A program made the translations under genes and the position numbers. Below are positions 11,575 to 23,244 of a stretch of DNA of 64,000 bases, piece after piece. The stretch spans positions 558,001 to 622,000 of the forward strand of contig NW_026948136.1 in NCBI RefSeq assembly GCF_963921235.1, written 5' to 3'. Under the pieces are notes generated by a model. It saw nothing but the letters and a program-made list of their open reading frames with translations. It searched no databases and had not been told where the DNA came from. Origin of the DNA: Mobula hypostoma (taxonomy: Eukaryota). Within the stretch, counting starts at the first letter, position 1. The number at the start of each line of letters is the position of its first letter.

Positions 11575-12800
11575 CAACAGAGCCACCCACCCTTTCTGCC
11601 GACTAGTCTGTCCTTTCGCTATAATGTGTATCTTGGGATGTCAAGCTCCGAACTATGACATTCATTCAGTCACAACTCAGTGATGCCCACAACCTCATAC
11701 TTGCCAGTCTCTAACTGCTGTTGGCCAGAAGAAACTACAGTATGCAGTTAGTGAATTTGATGAAGCCAGGACAGGGGAAGCAGACAAACCAGTTGTAATT
11801 CCCCCCCCCCCCACGTTTTGTGGACTCTGAAATGGTTCTTGCTCTAAGATAACCTAATCAGAGTAATTGAGTGTGGACACAAGGAGCTTCAGGTAATGAC
11901 CTGCTAAATCTGAGACCATTCTCAGATTACTTATTATGTAAAATGCCAGGCCTACCAAAGAAGCAATCTGTATTCTCTGTCTGGGTCGCCCCATTGAGTT
12001 GGTTTGGACCAGTCAGGGTTGAAAGACACAAGAACACAGGCTGGGGTGGGCAAAGCCATGAAACAATGTTGGTTGTAGCCCTGTACAATGACCGGTAAGA
12101 AGGTGACCCAGGTAGGTCAGGAGACCTTGAGCCAATGGGATGGAGGTCCAATGGTTCAATTGATGAACAATTAAGAATCAGGAGCTCCAAATACGCAGGG
12201 ATGAAATCTCTCCAGGAGCCAGAGACCAACCATTTTGGAAAAGGAGGTTCCCACGGACCTGTGGAGATCGGGGCCACAAGGAGCGCCTGGGCAGCGTGGA
12301 CTCCTTGCCCGGGTAATACATTTTCTCTTCATTGACTGTTCATGGAGGGTCAGGGATCTTAGTAGGGTGCACACAGGGAGATACTTTGTGAACCCAAGTG
12401 CTTTTTAGTTGAAACAATAAAAGTTACTTGTCAGTAAATACAGATTCTCTGTGCCTCACTGGTCATTTTTACAAGGGGTGATTCTTGTAACGTTGCATTA
12501 CAAGATCATCTACATTATTCTATATATTGTGTGCTTTCAAATATAGCAGCTTCAGTCTTGTATTCATCAGCCTTTTCGATTTTGCCCCTACGCTACACCT
12601 CAACCTATTCCGCTGTCTGCAATGTTGCCCTGTCCTTCTTCACAGTCTCACTGAACACTGTATCTACTTGTGCACCAACTGCCCCCTCCTCAGTCTTACC
12701 GCTCGGTTCCCAGCGCCCTGCCAACCCGGTTTAAGCGCTCTCCAACAGCTGTCGCAAACCTACCCACAAGGATGTCGTTCCCGTCGAACTCAGGTGTAAG
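11575..12800 (-). mobile_element. Older CR1 fragment (ORF1/APE junction), split by a solo LTR
   Basis: APE-like start on the minus strand continues across the LTR; CR1-like CGGTTCCCAGCGCCCTGCC segment. Confidence 0.6.
11719..12492 (+). mobile_element. Probable solo LTR
   Basis: TGTTGG...TGTAAC(G) termini, imperfect 4-bp TSD CTGC/TTGC, AATAAA near 12416. Confidence 0.7.
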
Positions 12801-13300
12801 AGATGGAGAGGGTGTCCAAGAGTAGGGTGAGTGGGGAAAGAAGGCGCAGAGACGGGGTCGGGGGGAGGTGGAGACCTAAAGACATGGGGTGGGTGAAGGT
12901 ATAGGGGTGAATCAGTAATCAGAGGAAGGGATAGGGAGAGGGTCAGGAGTCAGGATGGAGGGGGTAAATCAGCGACCTAGAGACGGTAGTTGGAGGGTGA
13001 ACGGGACGAACTAGCAAAGTGGGGGAGAGGAAATGGAGTGACAGAGAGACTGAGGCGGAACGTATAAGGGGAGGAAGGGGTTGGGGCATCCTGGAGACCA
13101 GGAAGGGGAAGGTAGTTAGTGAGCGATACACGGTAGGAAGGGGTGAGGGTGGTGAAGCGGTTAGGGGGCGACCCAGAGACGGGGGGGGATGGTGAAGGGG
13201 GGACATAGTGATGGGGGAATGAAAGGGGGAGAAGGATGGGGGTGAGCTGGAGAAAGGAGAGGGAGAGGGGTGAGAGAGGCAATGGGAGGAATAGCAGAAA
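12800..13300 (+). repeat. G-rich degenerate repeat tract
   Basis: Purine skew with CCAGAGACGGG-like motifs. Confidence 0.75.
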
Positions 13301-13399
13301 TAGTGCAACCGGAGTCCAGGTTGGTGGGTCGTCGGGTGACTGGAGGGACTGATCTGTGGTCCAGATACTCTCCTGTAGTGCGGACACGAGTAAGTGGTG

Positions 13400-14950
13400 A
13401 CCTGGTTAGTGGCTGGCTCTTTTAGTTGCTCAGTCTCTCCTTTGGCAGTTGTCGCTTGCTCTCTGAGCACAGTATGTGTCACTCTCAAGTAGCGAGGCTC
13501 CCCCTTGAACAAATTTCCTCCAGGCGTACCTATTCAGTGCTGTGTATTCCTTGTTTTTAGATGTCATGTTGAATTTCTTCAGGATGATTTCCATGTGATC
13601 TTTGAAGCTTTTCCTTTGCCCACCAGGGGTTCCCAGATCTTTCTTCAGTTGGGAGTTAAGGATCTGTTTGGGCAACGGGAGTTAGAGATCCGAATAGTAC
13701 GAGATAGCCGCAGGAGTTGGTGCCGCTTTATCGTGTGGAGATGTTGTCCACGTTGGCCTTCTCCACTACGCTGGTGTTAGTGCGTCTCTCCTTCCAGATG
13801 ATGCAAATTCTTTCGAAAGGCTCCTCGGTGGAATTGTTTCAGGCTTTCAGGCACCGACTGTAGGCGGTCCAAGATTCAGTAATGTAGGAAGGACAACTGT
13901 TCTATAAAACAAAAGTTTTGTTTGGGTCTGTGGTTCGCGGTCATCAAAGACTCTTCTCCCTAATCTTGTATAGGCTCCACTAGCACAACTGAAGCGGTCC
14001 CTTTGAGGAGATAACGCTGCCAAGGTCGGGGACGTGGTCGACTTTTCCAAGGGTGATATCGTCAAACTTTATGGAGGACTGGGTAAATGGTGGCGGCTGA
14101 TAGTGGTCCTGCGACCTTTTTATATTCAAAGCAAACCCCACGAGCATGTATGGCTCGGCAAAGGCATTCGGGGTACACTGGAAGCCTTCTCCAGAGCGAG
14201 CCGAGGCTGCGTTGTCATCAGCATACTGAATCTCCCCGGCAGTGGTATTGCTGACCCTGTTGTTGGCTTTGATAGGATCGAGGGTGAAAATCCTGTTGTC
14301 CATTCTATACACGAATTCTATTCTATTCCCTGTGGCGGGTCTTGGACAATGAGGCGAAGCATGTCAGCAATAAAGATGGCAAACAGGGAGAGCACAGTGA
14401 TACAGGTCTGTTTGACCTCTGCCTTCACAGTGAAGGGTTCGGGTTCAGCGCCACTTTTGCCGAGGGCGGTGCTGACCATGCCATCACGCAGTGGGCTCAG
14501 CATTCGTAAGTACTTGTATCCGCCGGAGTTTGCTGGTCCACTGTATCAAATGTGTCAACTCTGTGAAAGCCGGGGCAAGAATTGCCTTTGTTTATGGCAT
14601 TTTCCTGCAAATGGCGCGCTGGGAAGATCACGCCTGCGGGATTTCTAGACCGGGGGAAAGCACACCCACTCGGGTCCTTCTTCAGATAGCGGAAAGGGTC
14701 TGTGAGCAAAGGTACGTACAAGTCCTTTGCCCGCTCACCTTGTATACGGTCATTAGTCGGGGATTCCTGAACTCCGACAGCAGTTGTTCCTTTTCCCGGA
14801 GCCTCGGGAACAGGGCGCGGCCCAGGTGTGAGGTTCCACCATCCTTTCGGACCAGCACTCCTGCACCGTCAGTGCCCGTCGAACCGCTTTCTCTCTGGCG
14901 CTTCCCTCACTCTCACCGGCGCACGTCTGATCCGGGAATAATCCGGACCC
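13400..14950 (-). mobile_element. Decayed RTE-clade LINE (RT region)
   Basis: IQYADDNA, VKQTC..LFAIFI, TKLLFYRTVVLPTLL, PKQIL..GGQRKSFKD..NRYAWR. Confidence 0.85.
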
Positions 14951-14979
14951 AACCCCAGCATCTCTCCTTATGCGGTGGG

Positions 14980-16435
14980 GCGAAAGGAGGGATAGGGGTG
15001 AGGGGCAGGAATGTGGGGAAAGAGGCAGCGGGGTCGGCGAGGGAGGTGGGCGTGAGAGGGAGGGGGACCGAGGGAAGGTGGGAGAGTGGAAGGGATGCGT
15101 GGAAAAGAGGGGGACGGAAGGGGAAAGGGGTAGGGAGGGAGGAAGGGACAGAGGGAAGTTGGAGCGGTGAACTGTTTCGGAGCATTGTTTGAGCTGGGAA
15201 TCCATTTGATCTCCGACACGGAGGAAGCCTGTCTGTATTCGTGCCGGTTTTCGAGTGCGCCCTGTGTGTCGCTCCCGCACTGTAAGTTCCCCAGCGGGAA
15301 CTATTCCTAACATTCCTGATTAAAACCGTTTAATCAATCCATTCCATTGTTGTTCTTGTTCCGTGTATATGTAACGGGGAGGGAGGGGGAGGATGGGAAT
15401 GAAGGAGGTAAGAAGGGAGGGAAGGGAAGACTGGGAGAGATAAAATGAGAGCGGGGGAGGGGAAAGTGGATGAGAGTGTGTGTGGGGGGTGATAGTAGGA
15501 GGGACATAGAAGGAGGATGGGTGGGGAAGAGGGAGCAAGAGAGAGGGAAGGGGTGAGAGTTGGAAGGGAGTGATGGAGGGAGAGGGGGAGGGCGGTGAAG
15601 GGGAAAGGAGAGAGGGGCAGTGGGTGTGAAGGCTGGGGAGAGTGGGGTAGGCGGGAGTATGGTAGGGAGGGGAATGGATGGAGTGGGGAAGAGGATGGGG
15701 AGGGTCGGCGATGGAGAGAAGTGTGGGAAAGACTGACGTGAGGAATGGGTAAAGAAAGGAAGGACTGAGGGGAGAGGAGCAGGCCGAAAGAAATAGAGAG
15801 AGGGGTAAATGAGGGAGATTTGAGGGGGAGAGGAAGGGAAGGAGGTCGAGTGTGACAGGAAGGGAGTTAAGAGGAAAGGGCAGGAGAATGAAGGGGGCTT
15901 GAGAGGGAGAGGGAGGGAAGGAGGTCGAGTGTGAGAGGGAAGGGCAGGAGGTTTGAGAGGGAGGTGAGGATGAGGGGAGAGGGCGTGAGGGTTAGGGGAG
16001 GGTGTGAGTGCGGTTAGGAGGGAGAGAAAGGAAGAGGAGAGTGTTAGAGTCACGGTGGGATGGAGGTGTAGTGGGAGCAGTCAGGGATGGAGAGAGTGGG
16101 AGATGTGAAGTGCTGGAGGGAGGGAGGGTGAGAGTGAGGGAGAGAGATGGAAGGAGGGTGGAAAGGGAGAGTGTGATAGAGACAGTAGTGGGGGGGTGTT
16201 GGGGGATGGAGGTTGATTAGAGTTTGAGGAGAGAGGGAGAGGGAGGGGAAGGACGGAAGTGGGGGGAGACGGAGATTGAGAAAGCGAGGGGGAGGAGATT
16301 GAGGGAGGGGTAGAGCTGTGGGGGAGAGGCAGGGGAAGAGATGTGAGGGAGGTGATGGTGAGAAGAGGAGGGAAGGGAGGGAGAGGAGGGAGTAGGATGG
16401 AGGGAAGGAAGGAGGGGAGAGGAAGGGAGGAGTCC
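14980..16435 (+). repeat. Long polypurine (GA-rich) low-complexity tract
   Basis: About 1.2 kb of near-pure G/A, broken by a CpG-rich spacer at ~15170-15375. Confidence 0.9.
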
Positions 16436-16883
16436 ATAAACACCATCTTCCTATTCCTCTTCAGTTATTTATGATTGTGACAGTGATTTTATGATTTGCA
16501 TTGCACTGCTGCCGGTAAACAGCACATTTCACCACGTGTGTCAGTGATAATAAAGCTGGTTTTTATTCTGTGGTCCTTGGAAGCAGACAAAATGGACAAA
16601 TTAGACCATAATGTCAATAATAATAATTCAGAGAGCACTTTCCCTACAGATAATCTCATCAAAATGCCTTCCAATAGGATAAAGTGCAAACATAACAATA
16701 AAAGACAAAAAGATATCAGTTAAAATTAAGTTTAAATGAATGAACAGGCTTTGAATTGGCATTTACAAGTGTTAACTGAGTCTGGATCCCTTATAGCTTT
16801 CGGTGTTGATATCCACCGTAGTTCAAAAACTCTGACCTGCCTATTATGTTTCGGGGGAGTTTGCTTAAATTTAAAGGAAGTTT

Positions 16884-18335
16884 ACTTTTGTGGTCCTGAA
16901 TGGTAGTGAGGGAGGAGGTGGAGGGGCAGGTGTAGCACTTGTTCCTCTTGCAAGGGTAAGTGCCAGGAGGGAGATCAGTGGGGAGGGACAAATGGACGCA
17001 GAGGTTGGTGGGGTGGTAGGTGAAGACAAGAGGAACTCTATTCCTGGTAGTATGGTGGGACGATGGGGTAAGAGCAGACGTACGTGAAATGGAAGAAATG
17101 TGGTTGAGGGCAGCGTTGATGTGCAGGAAGGGAAGCCCCTTTCTTTGAGAAAGGAGGACATCACCGTTCTAGAGTGAAACGCCTCATCCAGAGAGCAGAT
17201 GCGGCGGAGGCAGAGGAATTGAGAGAAGGGGATGGCATTTTTACAAGTAGCAGGGAGGGAAGAGGCATAGTCCAGGTAGCTGTGAGAGTCAGTGGGTTTA
17301 TAATAGACATCAGTTGATAAGCTGTCTCCAGAGGTAAGAGACAGTGAGATTGAGAAAAGGGAAGGAGGTGTTGGAAATGGACCAGGTAAATTTGAGGCAG
17401 GGTGGAAATTGGAGGCAAAGATTTTGAAGTCATCAAATCAAGCTTCGCAGGAAGCAGCACCAATGCAGTTATTGATGCAGCGTAGCAAATGTGGGGGACA
17501 GACACCGGTGTAGGCTTGAAACATAAACTGTTCTGACTAAAAGGCAGGCATAGCTGGGACCCATGCAAGTTCCCATGGCTATACTTTTGTTTGAAAGAAG
17601 TGGGCGGAGCCAAAGGAGAAATTATTGAGAGTGAGCACAAGTTCCGCTAGACGGAGGAGAGTGGAGGTGGAGGGGAACATTGACGACTGTTTGCTGCTTC
17701 CTGTACCCATGTTGACCTTATTGACGATTTCACCAAGCACCTACACTCTGTCTGCCAGGACAAGCGGGATCTCACAGTGACCACCCATTTTAATTCCTCT
17801 TCCCATTCCCATATGTCCATCCACGGCCTCCTCTACTGTAAAGATGAAGCCACACTCAGATTGGAGGAACAACACCTTATATTCCGTCTGGGTAGCCTCC
17901 AACATGATGGCATGAACATTGATTTCTCGAACGTCCAGTAATGGCGCCCCCTTCACTATTCCCCATCCAGCTACCCCTCTTGCACCATATCTCCTTGCTT
18001 GCTCATCACCTCCCTCTGGTGCTCCTCCCCCTTTTTCTTTCTTCCATGGCCCTCTGTCCACTCCTAATTGGACTCCCCCTTCTCCAGCCCTGTCTCTTTC
18101 ACCAATCAACTTCTGAGCTCTTTATTTCATCCCTCCCCCTCCAGGTTTCACCTATCGCTGTGGGGTTCTCTCCCCCCCCCACCTTTCAAATCTACTCTTC
18201 ATCCTCATTTCTCCAGTTGTGCCAAAGGGTCTCGGTACTAAACGTTGACTGTACTTCTTTCCATAGAAGCTGCCTGGCCTGCTGAGTTCCTCCAGCACTT
18301 TGTGTGTGTTGCTCGGATTTCCAGCATCTGCAGAT
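16884..18335. mobile_element. Penelope-like element: minus-strand RT piece (16884-17678) back-to-back with plus-strand GIY-YIG/pLTR piece (~17680-18335)
   Basis: Minus: LVLTLNNFSF, AMGTCMGPSYA, PPGTYPCKRNKCYTCP. Plus: EATLRLEEQHLIFRLGSLQHDGMNI, then pLTR with degenerate hammerhead. Confidence 0.88.
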
Positions 18336-18792
18336 TTGTTTGTACCTTTGCAATATTTCTGAAGTGTAGAAATGCTGTGGTCACTTTCTTGATGTGGGAT
18401 TTAAAGTTAAAATCTAAATTAAGGTTAACACCCAGGCTTGTTAATTCTGATTGAACAAGACATGGAAATATATTCAAAACTTTGAGATGTATTTAATTTT
18501 ATGCGACAAAAATGGAACCCCTCTAATCCCACAGTGCTTTGTGATAAACTCAGTGTGTATGTGGCCAGAGGCATGTAATCTTGATCGTCGTTCATTGTGT
18601 AACTAAGGGGAGGTTGAAAGGTGCAGCTGTACTGAAGCAGAGTTGACATCCAGAACGGATACCAGCCAAAACACAGCCTGAAAACTTGTATAAAAATGAC
18701 TGTGTAAGCTGTAAATGAAAAGCAGCCTCCATCCATGAGGAGAGATGTTTCTTATTGTGAGTAATAAACGTGTCTTTGAACAGATCCACTCA

Positions 18793-20714
18793 GACTACGT
18801 CCACACTACGCCGGATAATTTTGAAAACGCCGGTTTTGAGTAAAAACGACAGGCGTCCACACTAAGCGTTTTTCAAAATATCTCTGTCCACACTAACACG
18901 GATATTTGGGTGAATCTCCTTCTACTGGGCATGCACAGGACACACAGAAAACAAGCGAAGAGGAAACGGTATACTTGGTGCGCGTTTGTCCAGTTACAGA
19001 GTAGAAAAACTTAAAAGGAGTTGCTCTTGGCTCTCGTGCAGGAGGATTTAAAACAAAAAAAACAAATACTGGCGCCTATGGAGGCAACCGACAGGGAGTT
19101 CACGGACAGTATGACCTGGCTGACGACGAACATTGAAAAACTGACAAACTCTGTTGCGTTAATAAAGCACCTTGTGAAATGTATAAAACATGTCTGCATC
19201 AGTGTTATCTTGTGTCTCCATACAATGTTACATTAGGCTGTCACACATCTATTGTCAGAGAAGTACTTGCATAAATAGGTAAACCACCTTGGTTCTTGAT
19301 CCTCCAAAATATTCCACATGGAGTTTAAACTGGAGGTGGCGGAGGGTGTTTTCTGTCCTTACCTTCATACAAGCAAGGACAGAAAACAGGGCAAAGTGAG
19401 TATATTTATTTATTCAGTAAGCTATGGGTCAAAGTATTTGGTGAGTACATTTTGTGACGAGAATACACATAAAATCAAGATGTTTGCTGTCCTGGGTTAG
19501 CATCAGTGGCATCAGCAAGTGGTCTGCCACCTGTCCTCAGGGGAAGGAGAGATAAGGAACAATGGAGCAGCGTCTGGAGATGTGTAATGAAGGGACGGGA
19601 GAGAGAGCTGTCTGGAGCGGCTCCCCCTTTGAACCCTGAACTGTTTGAAGTGATGGACAGGCGATACCCCAGCAGGGGGATAAAAAGGGACAGGTTCGCT
19701 AAGGCAGGACACACACACGACACCCGAGGTAATGAGACCCTGGAAGCAGTGCGCCTCTCACGAGTCGGTGGGAAGTATCGGACCTTAAACGCACAGGGTG
19801 GAAAGGTCCGATCAGCGGGAACCCGGTGTGTGTCCGCCCTCGCTTAGGTGCCGGGTTCACTGCAGAGGATCGACCGCATCTGGAGGGGGGGTCACAGTCG
19901 GTGACCCCAGGTGACATCACAAAGGACCCGCCCGAAAGCTGCTTGTGAGCAATATCGCCAGTCTGTGAGTGGAAGCCGTTTCTGAATGATCAGTCATTCT
20001 CGTTCTCTCTCTCCCTCCCCCCACGTTGTCCATCGCCATGGCAACGATTACTGCGAACTGAACTAAATTGGACTGAACTTTTGTGTCATTTTGAAATTTG
20101 GTCATTTACCCCTAGACAATAATAGAGCCCAATTGATGCTGTTATCTTAATTCTGTGCACATGTATGTTTATCATTGCTGAACTGTTGCATTTCTTATCC
20201 TTTCGATTACTGTGTTGCTTGTTTCTTTAATAAAACTTTCTTAGTTCTAGTAATCCAGACTCCAACTGAGTGATCCATTTCTGCTGGTTTGGCAACCCAG
20301 TTACGGGGTACATAACAATTTCTAACTCTTCTAACGTCAGTCTCGTTGCCGTCTGTTCTGAAATTGTTAGGTTCTGCGAAGCGCAGAATCAAATATCGCT
20401 GTGATGATTGTACACTCGAGTATCAATTGTTTGGCGACAATAAAGTAATAATAAGAATAATAAGAAGAAAACAATGAAATGCCGGGCTGCCGCCATTTGT
20501 TCCGGCCCGTCATGACAGCGGTTTTAAACAGCTCCGGTTACCCCGTACACACTGCAACAGATATAATGCGTTTTCAGATTTATTCACTCTGGAGACCGTT
20601 TCTGAAAACCTCCATTTTCGAGGGATGGAAACGCCGTTTTAGTGTGGACAGAGGGTCAAAATGAAGAGAAAAGGCTTCATTTTCAAAATTATCCGGCATA
20701 GTGTGGACATAGCC
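18793..20714. mobile_element. Non-autonomous PIF/Harbinger DNA transposon, TSD TCA
   Basis: ~37-bp TIRs G(A/G)CTAYGTCCACACTAYGCCGGATAATTTTGAAAAYG; TCA at 18790-18792 and 20715-20717; internal coiled-coil remnant QEDLKQKKQIL..EFTDSM..NIEKLTNSVA resembling Harbinger Myb-like ORF C-termini. Confidence 0.9.
19453..20317 (+). mobile_element. Solo LTR with 4-bp TSD ATTT
   Basis: TGTGAC...ATAACA termini, GATAAAAAG TATA-like box near 19680, AATAAA near 20229, ATTT on both sides. Confidence 0.93.
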
Positions 20715-21279
20715 TCAGAGTTTATTTTTGGTTCTTTGTTATAAGACCTAGTGAAAGGTACATGACAAAGGGGAGCCAAGTTTTTCAGTTTAACAAGCTT
20801 ATCTCTTTTGGCACTGGGACCAAGCAAATATATTTCAGATTTATCGTCATTTAGATTTAGCAAATTATTGCTCATTCATTTGCTTAGCAAATATTTTTAC
20901 CAGTCAGCTGGAAATAAGAACTGATGTCCCACTGCATCCCCCCTCAGTCATGATGATTAAGGCACAGAGAATATCTGAAATCAGTTCTTCACTCTGCAGG
21001 GGACACTCCTGAGGCAGCTGCAGCACAGCAAGGGTTAAGATAGACGGCAGCTAAACTGAGCAAGGTGCTTGGGAGAAATGCCCACTTTGTAAACACGGAC
21101 ACCGGGGACACGAGCAGACCAAAGCAGGAGAAAGGAGATGAAGGGGTGAGAAGCACACACTTCCGTTTGGACAATATCTCTAACTAAAACTAAGGTATAA
21201 TTGGCCGGTTTTAAAATTGCAAATAAAGGAGTAAATATCATGTCCTAGTGTTGGTTATTAACACCTGTAAGAATGCATC

Positions 21280-21545
21280 ATGATTGGTATTCTACGTTTG
21301 TAAATGAGGGATTAGAACCTGCACCGGATTTCAATTGGTCAATATCGATATAAAAGTGACAACTCTGAGCTGAAGTTTCAGAACAGTTGGCTAACACAAG
21401 TAAATAAAGTTCGAAGGAAGAGCGGCCGCAAGTTGTCAGAGACCAGGTGATCGGTGAGGTCACTTCACCCAGAGCGGTGACCGTTCGGAACCCGTCACTA
21501 CAGGGACAGACTGAGGGGAGCGGCAGGGATGGATTGAAGGGGCAG
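21280..21545 (+). promoter_or_regulatory. Candidate CCAAT/TATA promoter facing the ZNF gene from downstream (possibly LTR-derived)
   Basis: ATTGG at 21283 and 21334, TATAAAAG 21349-21356, CpG-rich block 21394-21542 identical to 45812-45960, donor-like CAG|GTGATC at 21447. Confidence 0.5.
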
Positions 21546-21691
21546 CTGAGTGAACACAGAGAGAGAAAAGAACATCAGTACAGGGAGATGGGACAGGAAG
21601 AACCAGAGGGGCAGAACAGCCTCTTCACTGCGCACTGAGTATGCTGTAGAGTCAACAGGGGCAAGAAACACAAGAATTAAAACTGAACTGG

Positions 21692-21697
21692 TTTATT
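21692..21697 (-). terminator. Poly(A) signal of ZNF unit 1 / its pseudo-exon
   Basis: AATAAA on minus strand followed by CTTGTGTTTC; conserved at ~46119-46124. Confidence 0.6.
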
Positions 21698-22106
21698 TAT
21701 CACAGATTCAAAACATGAAACTACAGTCAAATTAAATGTAAAGTCAACAAAACAAACCCATACTGTGCCCAGAGACCAAAGTTTTGTTACACATGATGCA
21801 GGGCAGCAATTACTGCAGAATCGGACTCCAACACTCACTACTGAACTTGCAGCCGAATTCACCAAATATGGGGGTTAAAAATTCAACATGAGTTACTTAA
21901 ACTGCCTCCCCTGTGTGAACTGACTGGTATTTCAGCAGGCGGGATGACTGAGGAATTCCCTTCATTCATTTAAAGCAGCTGAAAGGCCCCTCCCAGCTCT
22001 GATGCCTGAATAAATCCCATTCCACACACAGAGCAGGAGAATGGCCTCTGTCCAGTGTGAATGATATTGAGATCCAGCAGTTGATGAGACCAAATGAATC
22101 CCTTCC

Positions 22107-22206
22107 CACACCTGGAGCAGGTGAGCGAGCTCTTCCCACCCACACCTGGAGCAGGTGAGCGAGCTCTTCCCACCCACATCTGGAGCAGGTGAGCGAGCTC
22201 TTCCCA
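22107..22206. repeat. 34-bp tandem repeat x3 derived from a ZNF linker
   Basis: CACACCTGGAGCAGGTGAGCGAGCTCTTCCCACC; single copy in the paralog near 46535. Confidence 0.9.
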
Positions 22207-22914
22207 GTGTTAATTTTCTGATGTGCCTTCAGTTTGGACAACAGAATGAATCCCCTTTGAACAGTCAGGACAGTCGAACTGTCTCCCCGTGGTGTGAACA
22301 CACTGATCTATCTTCACACTGGATTTCTGAATATATCCCCTCCCACACACAGAGCAGGTGATCGGCCTCTCCCCAGTGTGAACCGGCTGGTGTATCTGCA
22401 GGATGGATGACTGCTTGACTCCCTTCCCACACTTGGCAGGTGAATGATTTTTCCCTGCTGTGAGCTCTCTATGTGTCTCGTCAGGTCAGACAAATCTCTC
22501 AGCAGTTCAGCAGCTGATCTCTAGTGAGAATGTGCTGGTGTGCTCTCAGGCCCCTAGTTCCAATGGGCTTCAGTGAGAAGTTTAAACAAAACTACATTTC
22601 AGACACAAAGCAGGTGCATGTTTCCAGCTGGGATGAAATACGCCCTCTTGTCTGAGGGTTGAAAACTGATATATTTGTGTCCAGAGTTCTAAACCCTGCC
22701 CCCTACTGACCCATCTCTGGATTGTGACCCTGCTCAACTGAACATCTAATTAATGATTCCCCAGTCTGCTTTCAGACTTTAGAGGGCAGTGGTGTATTGT
22801 AACAACCCAGCTGTGTGACACACAACCCTTGGTAAATAGGGAAAATGATCCATTATGATGAAAAGTGCAGGGAAGGAGTTTAATACCCAATGCCATTGTA
22901 CCTCAGCCCAGAGA

Positions 22915-23090
22915 TTCTATTTAGTGAAACAATGCAGTGTAGGCTCTTCCAGCCCTTTGCTCGCGTCACACAAGCGACCTTCGATAAATGCGATTAACCC
23001 CAACCTAATTGATCACAGGAATATTTACCTACTAACCCACAAGTGCTTGGACTGCGGGAGGAAACCAGAGCCCCCAGGAAAACCCGCACG
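22915..23090 (-). mobile_element. V-SINE-like element (related copies ~25463-25705, ~47105-47330, ~53480-53740)
   Basis: Reverse complement of the V-domain core GGTTTCCTCC..GGTGCTCCGGTTTCCTCCCAC. Confidence 0.75.
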
Positions 23091-23244
23091 GTGAACAGCA
23101 GAGGAAGGAGCTCCTCCCTGTCCTCTCACCAGGGTACAGAGTTAAGCAGCAGCAATATTTACAGAGTCCGACGCCAATGGAAAGTTATGAACGTGTCTCT
23201 GGACTCAGAAACTGTGAGGGTTAAATATCCAGCACGCCGCTTAT

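Larger units (their letters stand above)
18340..20880 (-). mobile_element. L2 LINE fragment (18340-18450 and ~20768-20880; tail at ~16690-16883) split by younger insertions
   Basis: LGVNLNLDFNFKSHIKKV..FRNIAK and MSNNLLNLNDDKSEI; paralogous L2 at 44430-45290. Confidence 0.8.
21670..22690 (-). pseudogene. Decayed ZNF last exon downstream of ZNF unit 1
   Basis: Broken fingers (HTGQRPFSCSVCGMGF, CSRCGKGF); spacer 22550-22680 is paralogous to 24650-24770. Confidence 0.85.

Noticed and set aside
15334-16446. Pro/Ser/Leu-rich ORFs (also 3069-4021, 12943-13512, 41954-43153)
   Set aside because: Artefacts of polypyrimidine composition.
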